64,000 bases of DNA from Halieaceae bacterium. GTDB taxonomy: Bacteria; Pseudomonadota; Gammaproteobacteria; Pseudomonadales; Halieaceae. A program made the position numbers and the translations under genes. Below are positions 32,347 to 41,274 of the stretch, piece after piece (positions within the stretch are counted from its first letter, which is position 1; every line of letters begins with the position of its first letter). The notes beneath the pieces were generated by a model. The model did not search any database. It saw only the letters and a list, made by a program, of their open reading frames with translations, and was not told the DNA's origin. The stretch is from assembly GCA_002721785.1 (NCBI GenBank), contig PBLO01000004.1, positions 112,452 through 176,451 on the forward strand. The letters are read 5' to 3'.

Positions 32347-34376
32347 TGTTCGCCTGCTACCAATTTGTGTGTCGCATCGGCGTCGTACCAAATTGGGGCG
32401 GTCCAAGCACGCTCCTGTATCGTGCGAGGTATCCGTGGGTTCGAGCAGCCATCTGGCCGCTCGTTCTCCGGTAGCAGTAGGCATTGCCGTGTAGACCACC
32501 TGCAGCTCGGGTTTTCAACGGCGCGAGCGTAATAGACGGCGTCTTGGCTGGCATCGAAGCTTGGATCAGTCCACACGCCACAGAGTGAGGCAAAGCCCGT
32601 CCCGGTCGTCTCGCAACTCATGGGATCAACCGATGCGCCATTATCCGCGTTGCCCGCAACGTCGATGACTTGTTGATGAAACTGCCCGCCTTGGCCCACC
32701 CATCCTTTAATGATCTGTAAGCGCTGCAAAGGATGACCGGGTGCGTCTGTGGTTCCGGGGTCGGCATGAGCGGCGACTAAGAAGCGGGGGCTCTGTTGGT
32801 TTGTTGTGCGGGAAGGCAACACGCCTCCCATCGGCACACCGAGCGCGTACGCGTCCTGAGCAAGGTGCTCACTGCGACACAATGACTCGGGAATTTCCCA
32901 GCCGGCGAAAAAACGCGGTGTGATACGGGGTCCACTGGTGGCGAAAGTTTCTCGCCGTTTCAATGCATCGAAAATCGCGTCACGTGTATTCTCTTCAGCC
33001 CAGACGCCAGCGATGCCGCCAGGGTTCTGAAAGGCTACTGCGCGGGGTCGACCGTTTACGGTGAGGCTTTGCTTTGCTGTCGCGCCGTATTTATAAGGTC
33101 TCTCGTATTCGCTCACCGCGCCGGGCGCCGACGTATGCGCGTCAGTACTCCCTATGAATCCGAATTGATACGGATTCACACCCAAGCGCGTTTTCTCCCT
33201 GAGGCCGTCTACCAATGCGTAGCGAACGTAGTCATTACGGCTGGTGCAGCCCTTACCTGCCTGAGCGCCTTTTCCTTGGCCCTCGCTGCAGTCGGATAAC
33301 TCTGGTTGCCCAAAATCCCGTATCTTTTCGAAATCGCACAGCTCATCTTCACCCCCTATGACACCGAACATGCCATTGCGGCATTCGCTCTCTCCCTTGA
33401 TTTGCATCATCTCCACAACGGGTTCTAGCCTCGCTCTGATGGCTGCTTCAGCTTGTTGCGACGCGAGGGGCAAGTCGGCGTATTCGGCGCGGAACAACTG
33501 CCCATTAGACAGATTGGGATTGTGAGGAATGGCGATGGCGTCGCAGCCTGATCCTGAATCGTTGCAGTGTTCAAGAAGTTGCCGGCGCATGTCTATCTCG
33601 CTGGGTGTTTCAAGCGCGGATATGGGAAGTTCCGGGGTAATCTCGTTGCGCAGGATGATATTGCGATGAATCTTGGTGGATTGCGGCGAGCGGCTGTATT
33701 CCCACGCGTTGAACGTGGTGAATGCACAGCGAGCAGAGCGGTCGTACCAGCGTTCCGCTGCGGCCTGTACGTTGCCCCACACCGTTTTCAGCTCTCCTCG
33801 GCACAGCGATTGGTCAGCGCCACAGACATCGTCACGTCGGCCACCAATTTCAATCAATCCGGCGATGCGGGCCCTGAAGCCTTTCGCACCCAATATCTGT
33901 GCTAACAGCGAATCCTCTTCACCTCTGAAGATGGCGCAACCGGTGCTGCTGTAAGAGGCTGAATCAGGGTCGGTGCAGAGTGCTACCTCCGCCATCCATT
34001 CCGCGTGATCCGTAACCGCTGCAAAATCTAAAGGGCGGTCAATCTGTATCGTCTTTCCTGCCTCGCCACCGGGACCTCCATAGATCGGAATGGGGTGGCC
34101 ACGCGCGAACGCATAGGCATCGTCAGGAGAGGTGCGGGTGCCCAGGGCGTAGGCGTCCATCGATAGCGCTGTATGCAAATGCAAATCGCCAAAGAGTGCG
34201 CGACGCTCGGGGGTTCGCTGGTCACAGGTTACCCGTGGGAGCAGGGCGGTGGGCGCAGCAGGTTCGGGCGGAGGGGTCCAGGCATCGGTTTCTAAAATGA
34301 GTTTGCCGACATCGCAGCTGACCAGTAGGAGCGACGAGAGACAGAGCAATGTTCGTCTCATGCGAATTTGTCTCAA
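32343..34376 (-). CDS. DUF3604 domain-containing (PHP-like metallo-hydrolase fold) lipoprotein
   Basis: 677 aa. It has a signal peptide with the lipobox LLLVSC, and FGDLHLHTALSMDAY is the characteristic DUF3604 metal-binding opening. Confidence 0.8.
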   Translation of the reverse strand: MRQIRMRRTLLCLSSLLLVSCDVGKLILETDAWTPPPEPAAPTALLPRVTCDQRTPERRALFGDLHLHTALSMDAYALGTRTSPDDAYAFARGHPIPIYGGPGGEAGKTIQIDRPLDFAAVTDHAEWMAEVALCTDPDSASYSSTGCAIFRGEEDSLLAQILGAKGFRARIAGLIEIGGRRDDVCGADQSLCRGELKTVWGNVQAAAERWYDRSARCAFTTFNAWEYSRSPQSTKIHRNIILRNEITPELPISALETPSEIDMRRQLLEHCNDSGSGCDAIAIPHNPNLSNGQLFRAEYADLPLASQQAEAAIRARLEPVVEMMQIKGESECRNGMFGVIGGEDELCDFEKIRDFGQPELSDCSEGQGKGAQAGKGCTSRNDYVRYALVDGLREKTRLGVNPYQFGFIGSTDAHTSAPGAVSEYERPYKYGATAKQSLTVNGRPRAVAFQNPGGIAGVWAEENTRDAIFDALKRRETFATSGPRITPRFFAGWEIPESLCRSEHLAQDAYALGVPMGGVLPSRTTNQQSPRFLVAAHADPGTTDAPGHPLQRLQIIKGWVGQGGQFHQQVIDVAGNADNGASVDPMSCETTGTGFASLCGVWTDPSFDASQDAVYYARAVENPSCRWSTRQCLLLPENERPDGCSNPRIPRTIQERAWTAPIWYDADATHKLVAGEQ

Positions 34377-34397
34377 AAGTGGGCCCTAGCCGGCGAA

Positions 34398-35162
34398 TTA
34401 GAAATTGGAGGCCCCTAGGCCGATGCCGCCATCGACTTCCAGTGCGACGCCGGTGACCCATTCTGCGCAAATGAGATATTCCACGCCCTCGGCCACTTCA
34501 GTGCCGGTGCCAATTCTTCCCAGAGCGTGAAGCCCCGCTACCGCCTCGTAGCGATCTTTGGCCTCTTCCGCGGTAAACAAGCCCGCGCGAAGATTTAGTT
34601 CCGTCGATACGGCTCCCGGAAGAATGCAACCCGTTCGAATCTGCTTGGGACCCAGCTCTGCTGCCATGACTTTGGTGAGACCCTCCAATGCGGCTTTCGT
34701 TGTGGCATAAGGAGATGCGCCCGGAAAGGCTCGCCGGGTATGAGTGGAGCCGATAAACACGATCGAGCCCTGCGTTTTTTCTAAATGCGGTATCGCTATG
34801 CTGGATAGCATCATGGCGGATACCACATTGGTGTCGAAGGCGTCCTTTAGAAACGCCTCGGTGTAGCCGTCGACGGGCTGGCGATACATGTTCGCCGCAT
34901 TGTTTACCAGCGCATCCAGCTTGCCTCTCCCATGCCTCACCGCCTCGGACAGCATGGCTTCCCGGTCGTTCTCGACGGTGACGTCTCCTTGAACGATGTG
35001 GCAGTTATCCCCCAGCTCGGCTGCCACGGCCTCAAGTTTATCTAATCTACGGCCGCTGATCGTTACGTGGGCGCCCTGTGCGCAGAATCTCCGCGCGCAG
35101 TCGGTTCCGATACCGGAGCCACCGCCGGTCACAAGAATAGACATGCCCTCAATGTTCTTCAT
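34398..35162 (-). CDS. SDR family oxidoreductase
   Basis: 254 aa. It has the motif TGGGSGIG, NNAA, and the catalytic Y-x3-K (YATTKAAL). Confidence 0.9.
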   Translation of the reverse strand: MKNIEGMSILVTGGGSGIGTDCARRFCAQGAHVTISGRRLDKLEAVAAELGDNCHIVQGDVTVENDREAMLSEAVRHGRGKLDALVNNAANMYRQPVDGYTEAFLKDAFDTNVVSAMMLSSIAIPHLEKTQGSIVFIGSTHTRRAFPGASPYATTKAALEGLTKVMAAELGPKQIRTGCILPGAVSTELNLRAGLFTAEEAKDRYEAVAGLHALGRIGTGTEVAEGVEYLICAEWVTGVALEVDGGIGLGASNF

Positions 35163-35190
35163 TTTGATTGATTCCTCATTAGTCTGGCGG

Positions 35191-36306
35191 TCAGTCCTCG
35201 CGCAGACCCGCTTGTTTCATCAGGGGGAGTAACGTGTCGTTAAATTGCGTCAGGCCCTCTTCGTAATTCACCCAGCTTAAGGTGATCCCATCGAGACCTG
35301 CGTCCGAGAAAGCCAGCATGCCATCGATTATCTGTTCTGGGGTGCCCACTAAGGGAATGGCGCCATAGCCGGCGATGAGATTCGCGGCCATTGCTTCCCA
35401 TCCGTCACCCAGCGCGCTCTGCGAGTTGGGAACCAGTACGTCTAGCAAGTTGCGGACACCGTCCCAGTCGCCGCGGTCGTAGACGTAGTCACGCACGAAG
35501 TCCTGCGCCTCTTTTTCAGTCTCTCGGCAGACGATGTAGGCCTGACCAAAAATTTGCATATCGCGCTGATATTTTTCTCTGGCGAGTCTTCGGCCTTTGC
35601 GCGCTACCTCGCCTGCGGTTTCCATGTTCTGTGCAACCACGAAATTGAAGTCCGCGTGGGCTGCCGCGAATTCTTGTCCACGAGCGCTGTTACCCGCGCT
35701 CATGAGCGCGGGCCATGGACGCTGAAGGGGTTTTGGCTCCGAATAACAGCCTGGTGACGTAAAGTGCGGACCTTCGTAGTCGAACTCGCCCTCGACGGTC
35801 CACAGTTCTTTACACAGAGAGATCCAGTCATCGGCTACGTCGTACCGGACATCATGCTCCTTCTGCGGGACGCCAAACATGGCGATTTCTCGTTCATTCC
35901 ATCCCGCGACGATGTTGAGGCCGAAACGACCACCGGAGATATGGTCGATGGTGGCGACCTCCTTGGCGGCGCGGACCGGATGCACGGTGGGCACGTGAAA
36001 AGTCGCGAATACACCAATTTCGTCTGTTTTGGCAGCCAAGCCGGCAGCCCATGTGAACGTCTCGAAATTCCGGTGATTAAAATTGACCTTGCCACCCATG
36101 CCTTTCCATCGCGCGACAGGGATCACGGCCTCAATCCCCGCGGCCTCTGCCAGTTGCGCCGCCCTGACCGATTCCTCCCACTCGACCCTCAGCGTATCTG
36201 GGCGTTCCGTCATGGAGCAGCCACTGCTGACATTGAGTCCAAATACGCCGAGTTTGAGTTTATGGGGGCTTTTCAGCAGGGGGTGTGCGGGGGGGGTGTC
36301 CGTCAT
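35191..36306 (-). CDS. LLM class flavin-dependent oxidoreductase (SfnG/RutA-like luciferase-family monooxygenase)
   Basis: 371 aa. LKLGVFGLNVSSG...ATIDHISGGRFGLNIVAGW...KPLQRPWP is collinear with FMNH2-dependent monooxygenases of this class. Confidence 0.85.
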   Translation of the reverse strand: MTDTPPAHPLLKSPHKLKLGVFGLNVSSGCSMTERPDTLRVEWEESVRAAQLAEAAGIEAVIPVARWKGMGGKVNFNHRNFETFTWAAGLAAKTDEIGVFATFHVPTVHPVRAAKEVATIDHISGGRFGLNIVAGWNEREIAMFGVPQKEHDVRYDVADDWISLCKELWTVEGEFDYEGPHFTSPGCYSEPKPLQRPWPALMSAGNSARGQEFAAAHADFNFVVAQNMETAGEVARKGRRLAREKYQRDMQIFGQAYIVCRETEKEAQDFVRDYVYDRGDWDGVRNLLDVLVPNSQSALGDGWEAMAANLIAGYGAIPLVGTPEQIIDGMLAFSDAGLDGITLSWVNYEEGLTQFNDTLLPLMKQAGLRED

Positions 36307-36538
36307 GGGCCGGAAGCTCGTTGTTATGGATATCGTTGGAGTTTCTCAATTTCGGCAGGCCTTGCCTAGGCAGTGGTTGAGCCGTCATTTAATGTAATTA
36401 AAACATTCACCTATGGATCAATTGCAAGGCCAAATATCGGTTGTTGGCTTCTCACTGTGTTGCGGCCCGCTCCCTGCCCGCAGAACCGAACAGCACTTCG
36501 TCGCGTAACGGGAATGTCAGGACCCCGAGGAGATCACC

Positions 36539-36883
36539 ATGGCAGGCCCGATTCCTTTCGAGCGTGCGGCGCGCGATGAGCAATGTAGCCGGAGCGAGTT
36601 CAAGGCGCAGCGCGACAAGCTTGAGGCGCTACTTCGTGAGGCGAAGCAGGCCGCCATTCAGCGTGCCGAAGTACCGGCGGCGGAACGGCATCGCGCTGAA
36701 ATGTCGTTGGAACAGGATGTCGAGCACCGACTCCAACGGCTGATATTGCGAGCTAAAGGCATGGTCTCAGAAGAAATGCTGGTTCGGCACCAGCGGGAAA
36801 TTCCGGTTGATGAGATCCCCGATTACGCCGTGACGCACTTGCTGGCCGAGCTCGGAGAAAAGGAACTGCAGAACACGCTCTAG
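36539..36883 (+). CDS. hypothetical protein (charged, helical)
   Basis: 114 aa. It has a good SD (GAGGAG 6 nt upstream) and no family that I recognise. Confidence 0.45.
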   Translation: MAGPIPFERAARDEQCSRSEFKAQRDKLEALLREAKQAAIQRAEVPAAERHRAEMSLEQDVEHRLQRLILRAKGMVSEEMLVRHQREIPVDEIPDYAVTHLLAELGEKELQNTL

Positions 36884-37097
36884 CTTGCCCTGGTTCCTTC
36901 CGCGGGATTATTCGCAGTGCGCGATCCGCTTACGGCTCGAACTATTGGGTTTCGCTAATAACAATACCCATCCCACAAATCACGCAGCAGGCTCCGCTCT
37001 GACGCCTAGGCACTTCGTGAACCCTGACGTCGCAACACGCATGGCTGGTATCATGTTCTGCATAAACCACACACGGTGGTTGAAGCGGAGATAGTGC

Positions 37098-37667
37098 GTG
37101 CAGGAGTTCATCGGAGACTATATCGACCGGCATCAGTCGGCGGTTCGAGCGTTAGCGCAGTGTGCTGATGATATCGAGCGCATGGCTAGTATCTGTGTTT
37201 CGGCAATGCGAGGCGGCAATAAGATTTTAATTTGTGGCAACGGCGGATCGGCTGCCGATGCACAACATATGGCGGCCGAGTTAGTGGGTCGCTTCGTTTC
37301 AGATCGCAGAGCTCTACCGGCGATCGCTTTGACAACGGACACATCAGCGTTGACGGCGATTGCCAATGATTATGGGTACGACGATGTGTTTAGCCGCCAG
37401 GTGGCGGGCCTCTCGCAGGCGGGGGATGTCCTGTTGGGCATTTCCACCTCCGGAAACAGTGGCAGCATTCTGGCAGCCTGCGACGCTGGGCGTGCTGCCG
37501 GTTGTCACGTCTTGGGTTTAACGGGTCGTGACGGTGGCGCGCTGATCGAGCGCTGTGACGCAGTAGTGATCGCCCCAGCGCAAGACACCGCGCATATACA
37601 GGAGTGCCACATCATCGTGATTCATTTGCTGTGTGCGTTGATTGAGCGGGGGCTCGATCTTGCGTAA
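37098..37667 (+). CDS. gmhA: D-sedoheptulose 7-phosphate isomerase
   Basis: 189 aa. It is a SIS domain with CGNGGSAADAQHMAAEL and GISTSGNS, both GmhA signatures. The start is a GTG. Confidence 0.9.
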   Translation: MQEFIGDYIDRHQSAVRALAQCADDIERMASICVSAMRGGNKILICGNGGSAADAQHMAAELVGRFVSDRRALPAIALTTDTSALTAIANDYGYDDVFSRQVAGLSQAGDVLLGISTSGNSGSILAACDAGRAAGCHVLGLTGRDGGALIERCDAVVIAPAQDTAHIQECHIIVIHLLCALIERGLDLA

Positions 37668-37709
37668 TGACTGCGCGCGATGGGTGTGCTGGTGAGCGCG
37701 CGCTGACGC

Positions 37710-38252
37710 ATGGCGGTTGCAGCATTCTTAGATCGTGACGGCGTGATTAACGTTGATCATGGTTACGTCAGCCGATGGGAGGATTTTGAATTCCTTCCCG
37801 GCGTGCCCGAGGCGCTGCTCTCGCTAGGGAAGGCGGGATATGAGCTTATCGTTATTTCCAATCAATCTGGCATCGGCAGAGGCTTTTACAGTGAAGCGGA
37901 CCTTGAGGAGTTGAACCGGCGGATTGCCCATCATCTGCAAGAGCAATGGGCTATTGAAATGACGAGCTTTTATCACTGTCCCCACCATCCCACTGATGCA
38001 CTGGGTGACTACCTGACGCGTTGCGAGTGCAGGAAGCCTGCGCCGGGCATGATTCTGCGGGCGGCAAAGGAGCACAGTATTGATTTGGCCGGTTCCCTTT
38101 TGGTCGGCGATAAGCGCTCGGATATTGAGGCCGGTAAAGCGGCCGGCGTAGGGCGTTTGTTCCATGTATCGACTGCGACTGCGACGGAGATGGAGCCCCT
38201 GTCGGGTTGCGTTGTGGTCAACTCGCTCCGGGAAGTGGCGGACAAGCTTTAA
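37710..38252 (+). CDS. gmhB: D-glycero-beta-D-manno-heptose 1,7-bisphosphate 7-phosphatase
   Basis: 180 aa. It has the HAD-IIIA motif FLDRDGVIN, the zinc-binding C...H...CxC (CECRKP), and GDKRSD. Confidence 0.88.
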   Translation: MAVAAFLDRDGVINVDHGYVSRWEDFEFLPGVPEALLSLGKAGYELIVISNQSGIGRGFYSEADLEELNRRIAHHLQEQWAIEMTSFYHCPHHPTDALGDYLTRCECRKPAPGMILRAAKEHSIDLAGSLLVGDKRSDIEAGKAAGVGRLFHVSTATATEMEPLSGCVVVNSLREVADKL

Positions 38253-38439
38253 GCATTTGCGCTGCGTGTTATGAAGAAGTCTCGGTGCGCTGCACCGGTG
38301 GCTGTATAGACTCAGTAGTGCTGCCAGTCAGTCCAGTCAGTAGTATTCACACTGGCTGGTGTGGGATGCGGTGAATCAATACACTCAAAGCATTTGGGCA
38401 ATGGCGTCCGCTCCACGATTGCTGTGAGCGGAGACAACG

Positions 38440-39672
38440 ATGCAGCGATTCTCGGATCTTTCACCCTCGATCATTTGGGTCTTCCTCTTCTTTACCTTGT
38501 CGCTCTCGTCAGCGACGCGTCAAATTATTTGGTTGATGTCACTCGCTGGTTTGGTGGTATTCGCTCGTGGTCCCCGTGATTTCCTCGAAACGGAGGGCCT
38601 GCGCAAGTTTTGGATTGTGTTGGCGTGTTTTCTTTTTCCCGCGTTGTTCTCGTTATTCGGGGCGATCAATTTTGAGCGGTCCCTCTCAGGTGCAGTCAGA
38701 TTTCTGGCCTACGGTTTTGCTGTGTGGGCCTTGTTACAGATCAAGCTCGATCGGGGAGAAAGTCATCGATTAATGTCTCTGATAGGCGCCGTCATGATGC
38801 TGTGGGTGGTCGACGGTCTAGTCCAGTTGCTGACGGGTTACAGCGTGTTCGGTAACCCGCTTATCGAGCTGGATTCTGGTCAGGCGCTCGTCACGGGAAG
38901 TTTGCGGATGGGCTATGGGTCCACGCTGGCGATTCTCTCTCCGTTTTATCTTGAAGCGCTGCGGCGCACCGGATCCGGTGTGTTGAACAGCGTGCTGGCG
39001 TTACCGCTATTTGCCGCCATTGTGATGAGCGGTAACGAAGCGTCGATGGTGCATGCCTTAGTGGCGCTTGCCGGCTACGCCTTTATCCTCCGGCGCCTTG
39101 AGTCCGATGTCGCCGTGACGTCTTGGCTGCTTTCCTTGCTTTTCTCTTTTTCTTTGGCAGTACTGATGGGGGTCATGCTAAGCGATACCTTCAGTCAGTC
39201 AGTAGCTGGGCAGGCGGCCTCCGACGCATACAAGGCGTTTGATTACTTGCCAGTGATTTGGGAATCGGCCTGGGTGGGATTTACTGAACACTGGATAAAC
39301 GGTGTGGGAATCCGTGGGTGGGGTTCGATGGTTGTCTCTATGGAGAGCATTGAAATGCTGCCTGTATCCGAGCGATGGCATCCGCATATGTATGCGCTGG
39401 AGGTTGCGGTCGATACCGGCTTGCCGGGACTCATAGGCTACGGCTTGTTTTTTCTATTTCTGGGGCGGAGGTTGTTCGATGCTCGGCCTGAGGTGGCACT
39501 GACTTCTCTGGTAGTGATACTGGCATTGTTCCCCCTGAATAGTTCGGTATCGTTCTACTCCTATTTCAACGGCAATATTTTGTTCCTGACGCTGGCGCTT
39601 TTGATCGCGCTGGATCGGGATATCAAGCCATTGCCCGAACTCGATCCGGTCACCGGATCCCCCAGCCAGTAG
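38440..39672 (+). CDS. O-antigen ligase (WaaL/Wzy_C) family membrane protein
   Basis: 410 aa with about 10-12 TM segments and a large loop containing WHPHMYALEVAVDTGLPG (the H-containing Wzy_C-type motif). It lies between the heptose biosynthesis genes. Confidence 0.7.
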   Translation: MQRFSDLSPSIIWVFLFFTLSLSSATRQIIWLMSLAGLVVFARGPRDFLETEGLRKFWIVLACFLFPALFSLFGAINFERSLSGAVRFLAYGFAVWALLQIKLDRGESHRLMSLIGAVMMLWVVDGLVQLLTGYSVFGNPLIELDSGQALVTGSLRMGYGSTLAILSPFYLEALRRTGSGVLNSVLALPLFAAIVMSGNEASMVHALVALAGYAFILRRLESDVAVTSWLLSLLFSFSLAVLMGVMLSDTFSQSVAGQAASDAYKAFDYLPVIWESAWVGFTEHWINGVGIRGWGSMVVSMESIEMLPVSERWHPHMYALEVAVDTGLPGLIGYGLFFLFLGRRLFDARPEVALTSLVVILALFPLNSSVSFYSYFNGNILFLTLALLIALDRDIKPLPELDPVTGSPSQ

Positions 39673-39727
39673 CGTGGTGAGTGTGATCACTGTGTTGCGG
39701 GCGTGCTCTTACTAGCCAGGGACCGCT

Positions 39728-41146
39728 ATGTCTGCCTTGCCCGATATGACTCAAGCCAACGTCACCGTCATCGGCGACGTCATGCTAGATCGCTTCTGGA
39801 GTGGTGCCAGCAGGCGCGTGAGCCCAGAAGCGCCTGTTCCCGTCGTCAATGTCACGGGCCTAGAGGATCGGGCTGGGGGCGCGGGTAACGTTGCGGTCAA
39901 TCTCGCGGAGCTGGGTGTAGCGGTTTCCCTGGTGGGTCTGTGTGGCGACGATGAGCATGCGCGCGCACTGAGAGCCTGTGTGGAATCAGCCGGGGTGAGA
40001 TGGAATGTCATGCCTTGTGCGGCTGACACCATCGTCAAGCTGAGAGTTCTCAGCCGCAACCAGCAGCTACTGAGAATGGACTTCGAGGAGCCGCTTAACG
40101 ACCACGCCAACGATCTTTTTTTGCGTTACGCGCAGCAGCACCTAGCCGATGCCGATCTGGTCATTCTTAGCGATTACGCAAAGGGCACCCTGCAGCTCGT
40201 TCAATCATTCATTGCGCATTGCCGGGAGCGGGGCACGCCGACTTTGGTTGATCCAAAAGGTAGCGACTTTGAGCGTTATAGAGGTGCCACTGTCATCACC
40301 CCGAACCTATCCGAACTCGAGGCGGTGGTTGGTACATGTGATTCGGATACAGAGCTGGTGCAGAAAACAGAAGCGCTACGCGCCAGTCTCGATGTCGAGG
40401 CGATTCTGGTCACGCGGAGCGAGGCCGGGATGACGCTCGTTCAGTCTGATTCCCCAGCTCAGCACTTTTCGGCTAGTGCCCGCGAGGTTTATGACGTCAC
40501 GGGGGCGGGCGATACGGTGATTGCGGCGATGGCGGGGTGTATGAGCGCCGGATTGTCTATGCAAGAAGCCGCTCGCTACGCCAACCACGCAGCAGGCGTT
40601 GTGGTGGCGAAGTTAGGTACGGCCAGTGTGACGCCTGCCGAGCTGCAGCATGCGGTCGCTGCGGGCACAGCTGGGCAACCCTCGGGAAACCTCTCGATAA
40701 CCGATACACTCTCTGAATTGGAAAGTCTGCGTGCGGCGGGTAAGCGGATTGTCATGACCAACGGGTGTTTCGATCTGATCCACCCTGGGCATATTCATTA
40801 TCTGCAACAGGCGTCGGCACTCGGCGATGTATTGGTTGTCGCGGTCAACGATGACGACTCGGTCAAACGCCTCAAGGGCCCGTCGAGACCCTTAAACGGT
40901 ATTGAAGATCGCATGGCAGTGCTATCTGCGCTGCAGGCTGTGGATTATGTGGTGCCCTTTTCAGAGGACACGCCTGCGGACCTGATTGAAACGGTTGGGC
41001 CAGATGTGCTGGTCAAGGGTGGTGATTACACTGTTGAGCAAATCGCGGGGCATGAATTCGTGTTAGGCAGAGGCGGTGACGTCATCGTGCTGGACTTCGT
41101 GCCGGGCCATTCAACAACAGGCTTGATCGAGCGTCTGGGCGAGTAA
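39728..41146 (+). CDS. hldE: bifunctional D-beta-D-heptose 7-phosphate kinase / D-beta-D-heptose 1-phosphate adenylyltransferase
   Basis: 472 aa. It has an N-terminal PfkB kinase domain (GGAGNVA, TGAGDTV) and a C-terminal cytidylyltransferase domain (NGCFDLIHPGHIHYL). Confidence 0.95.
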   Translation: MSALPDMTQANVTVIGDVMLDRFWSGASRRVSPEAPVPVVNVTGLEDRAGGAGNVAVNLAELGVAVSLVGLCGDDEHARALRACVESAGVRWNVMPCAADTIVKLRVLSRNQQLLRMDFEEPLNDHANDLFLRYAQQHLADADLVILSDYAKGTLQLVQSFIAHCRERGTPTLVDPKGSDFERYRGATVITPNLSELEAVVGTCDSDTELVQKTEALRASLDVEAILVTRSEAGMTLVQSDSPAQHFSASAREVYDVTGAGDTVIAAMAGCMSAGLSMQEAARYANHAAGVVVAKLGTASVTPAELQHAVAAGTAGQPSGNLSITDTLSELESLRAAGKRIVMTNGCFDLIHPGHIHYLQQASALGDVLVVAVNDDDSVKRLKGPSRPLNGIEDRMAVLSALQAVDYVVPFSEDTPADLIETVGPDVLVKGGDYTVEQIAGHEFVLGRGGDVIVLDFVPGHSTTGLIERLGE

Positions 41147-41274
41147 CTCCAGCCGGCCGGGGCCCGAGGTAGGCATTGGCGTCTTTCTACGTACCCCCCT
41201 CTGTGCAGCCATTTACGCGTTTGGTCACTCCACAATAGCTCAGTCCAGGGCGGTCAGGAGCCTGCGAACATTGC

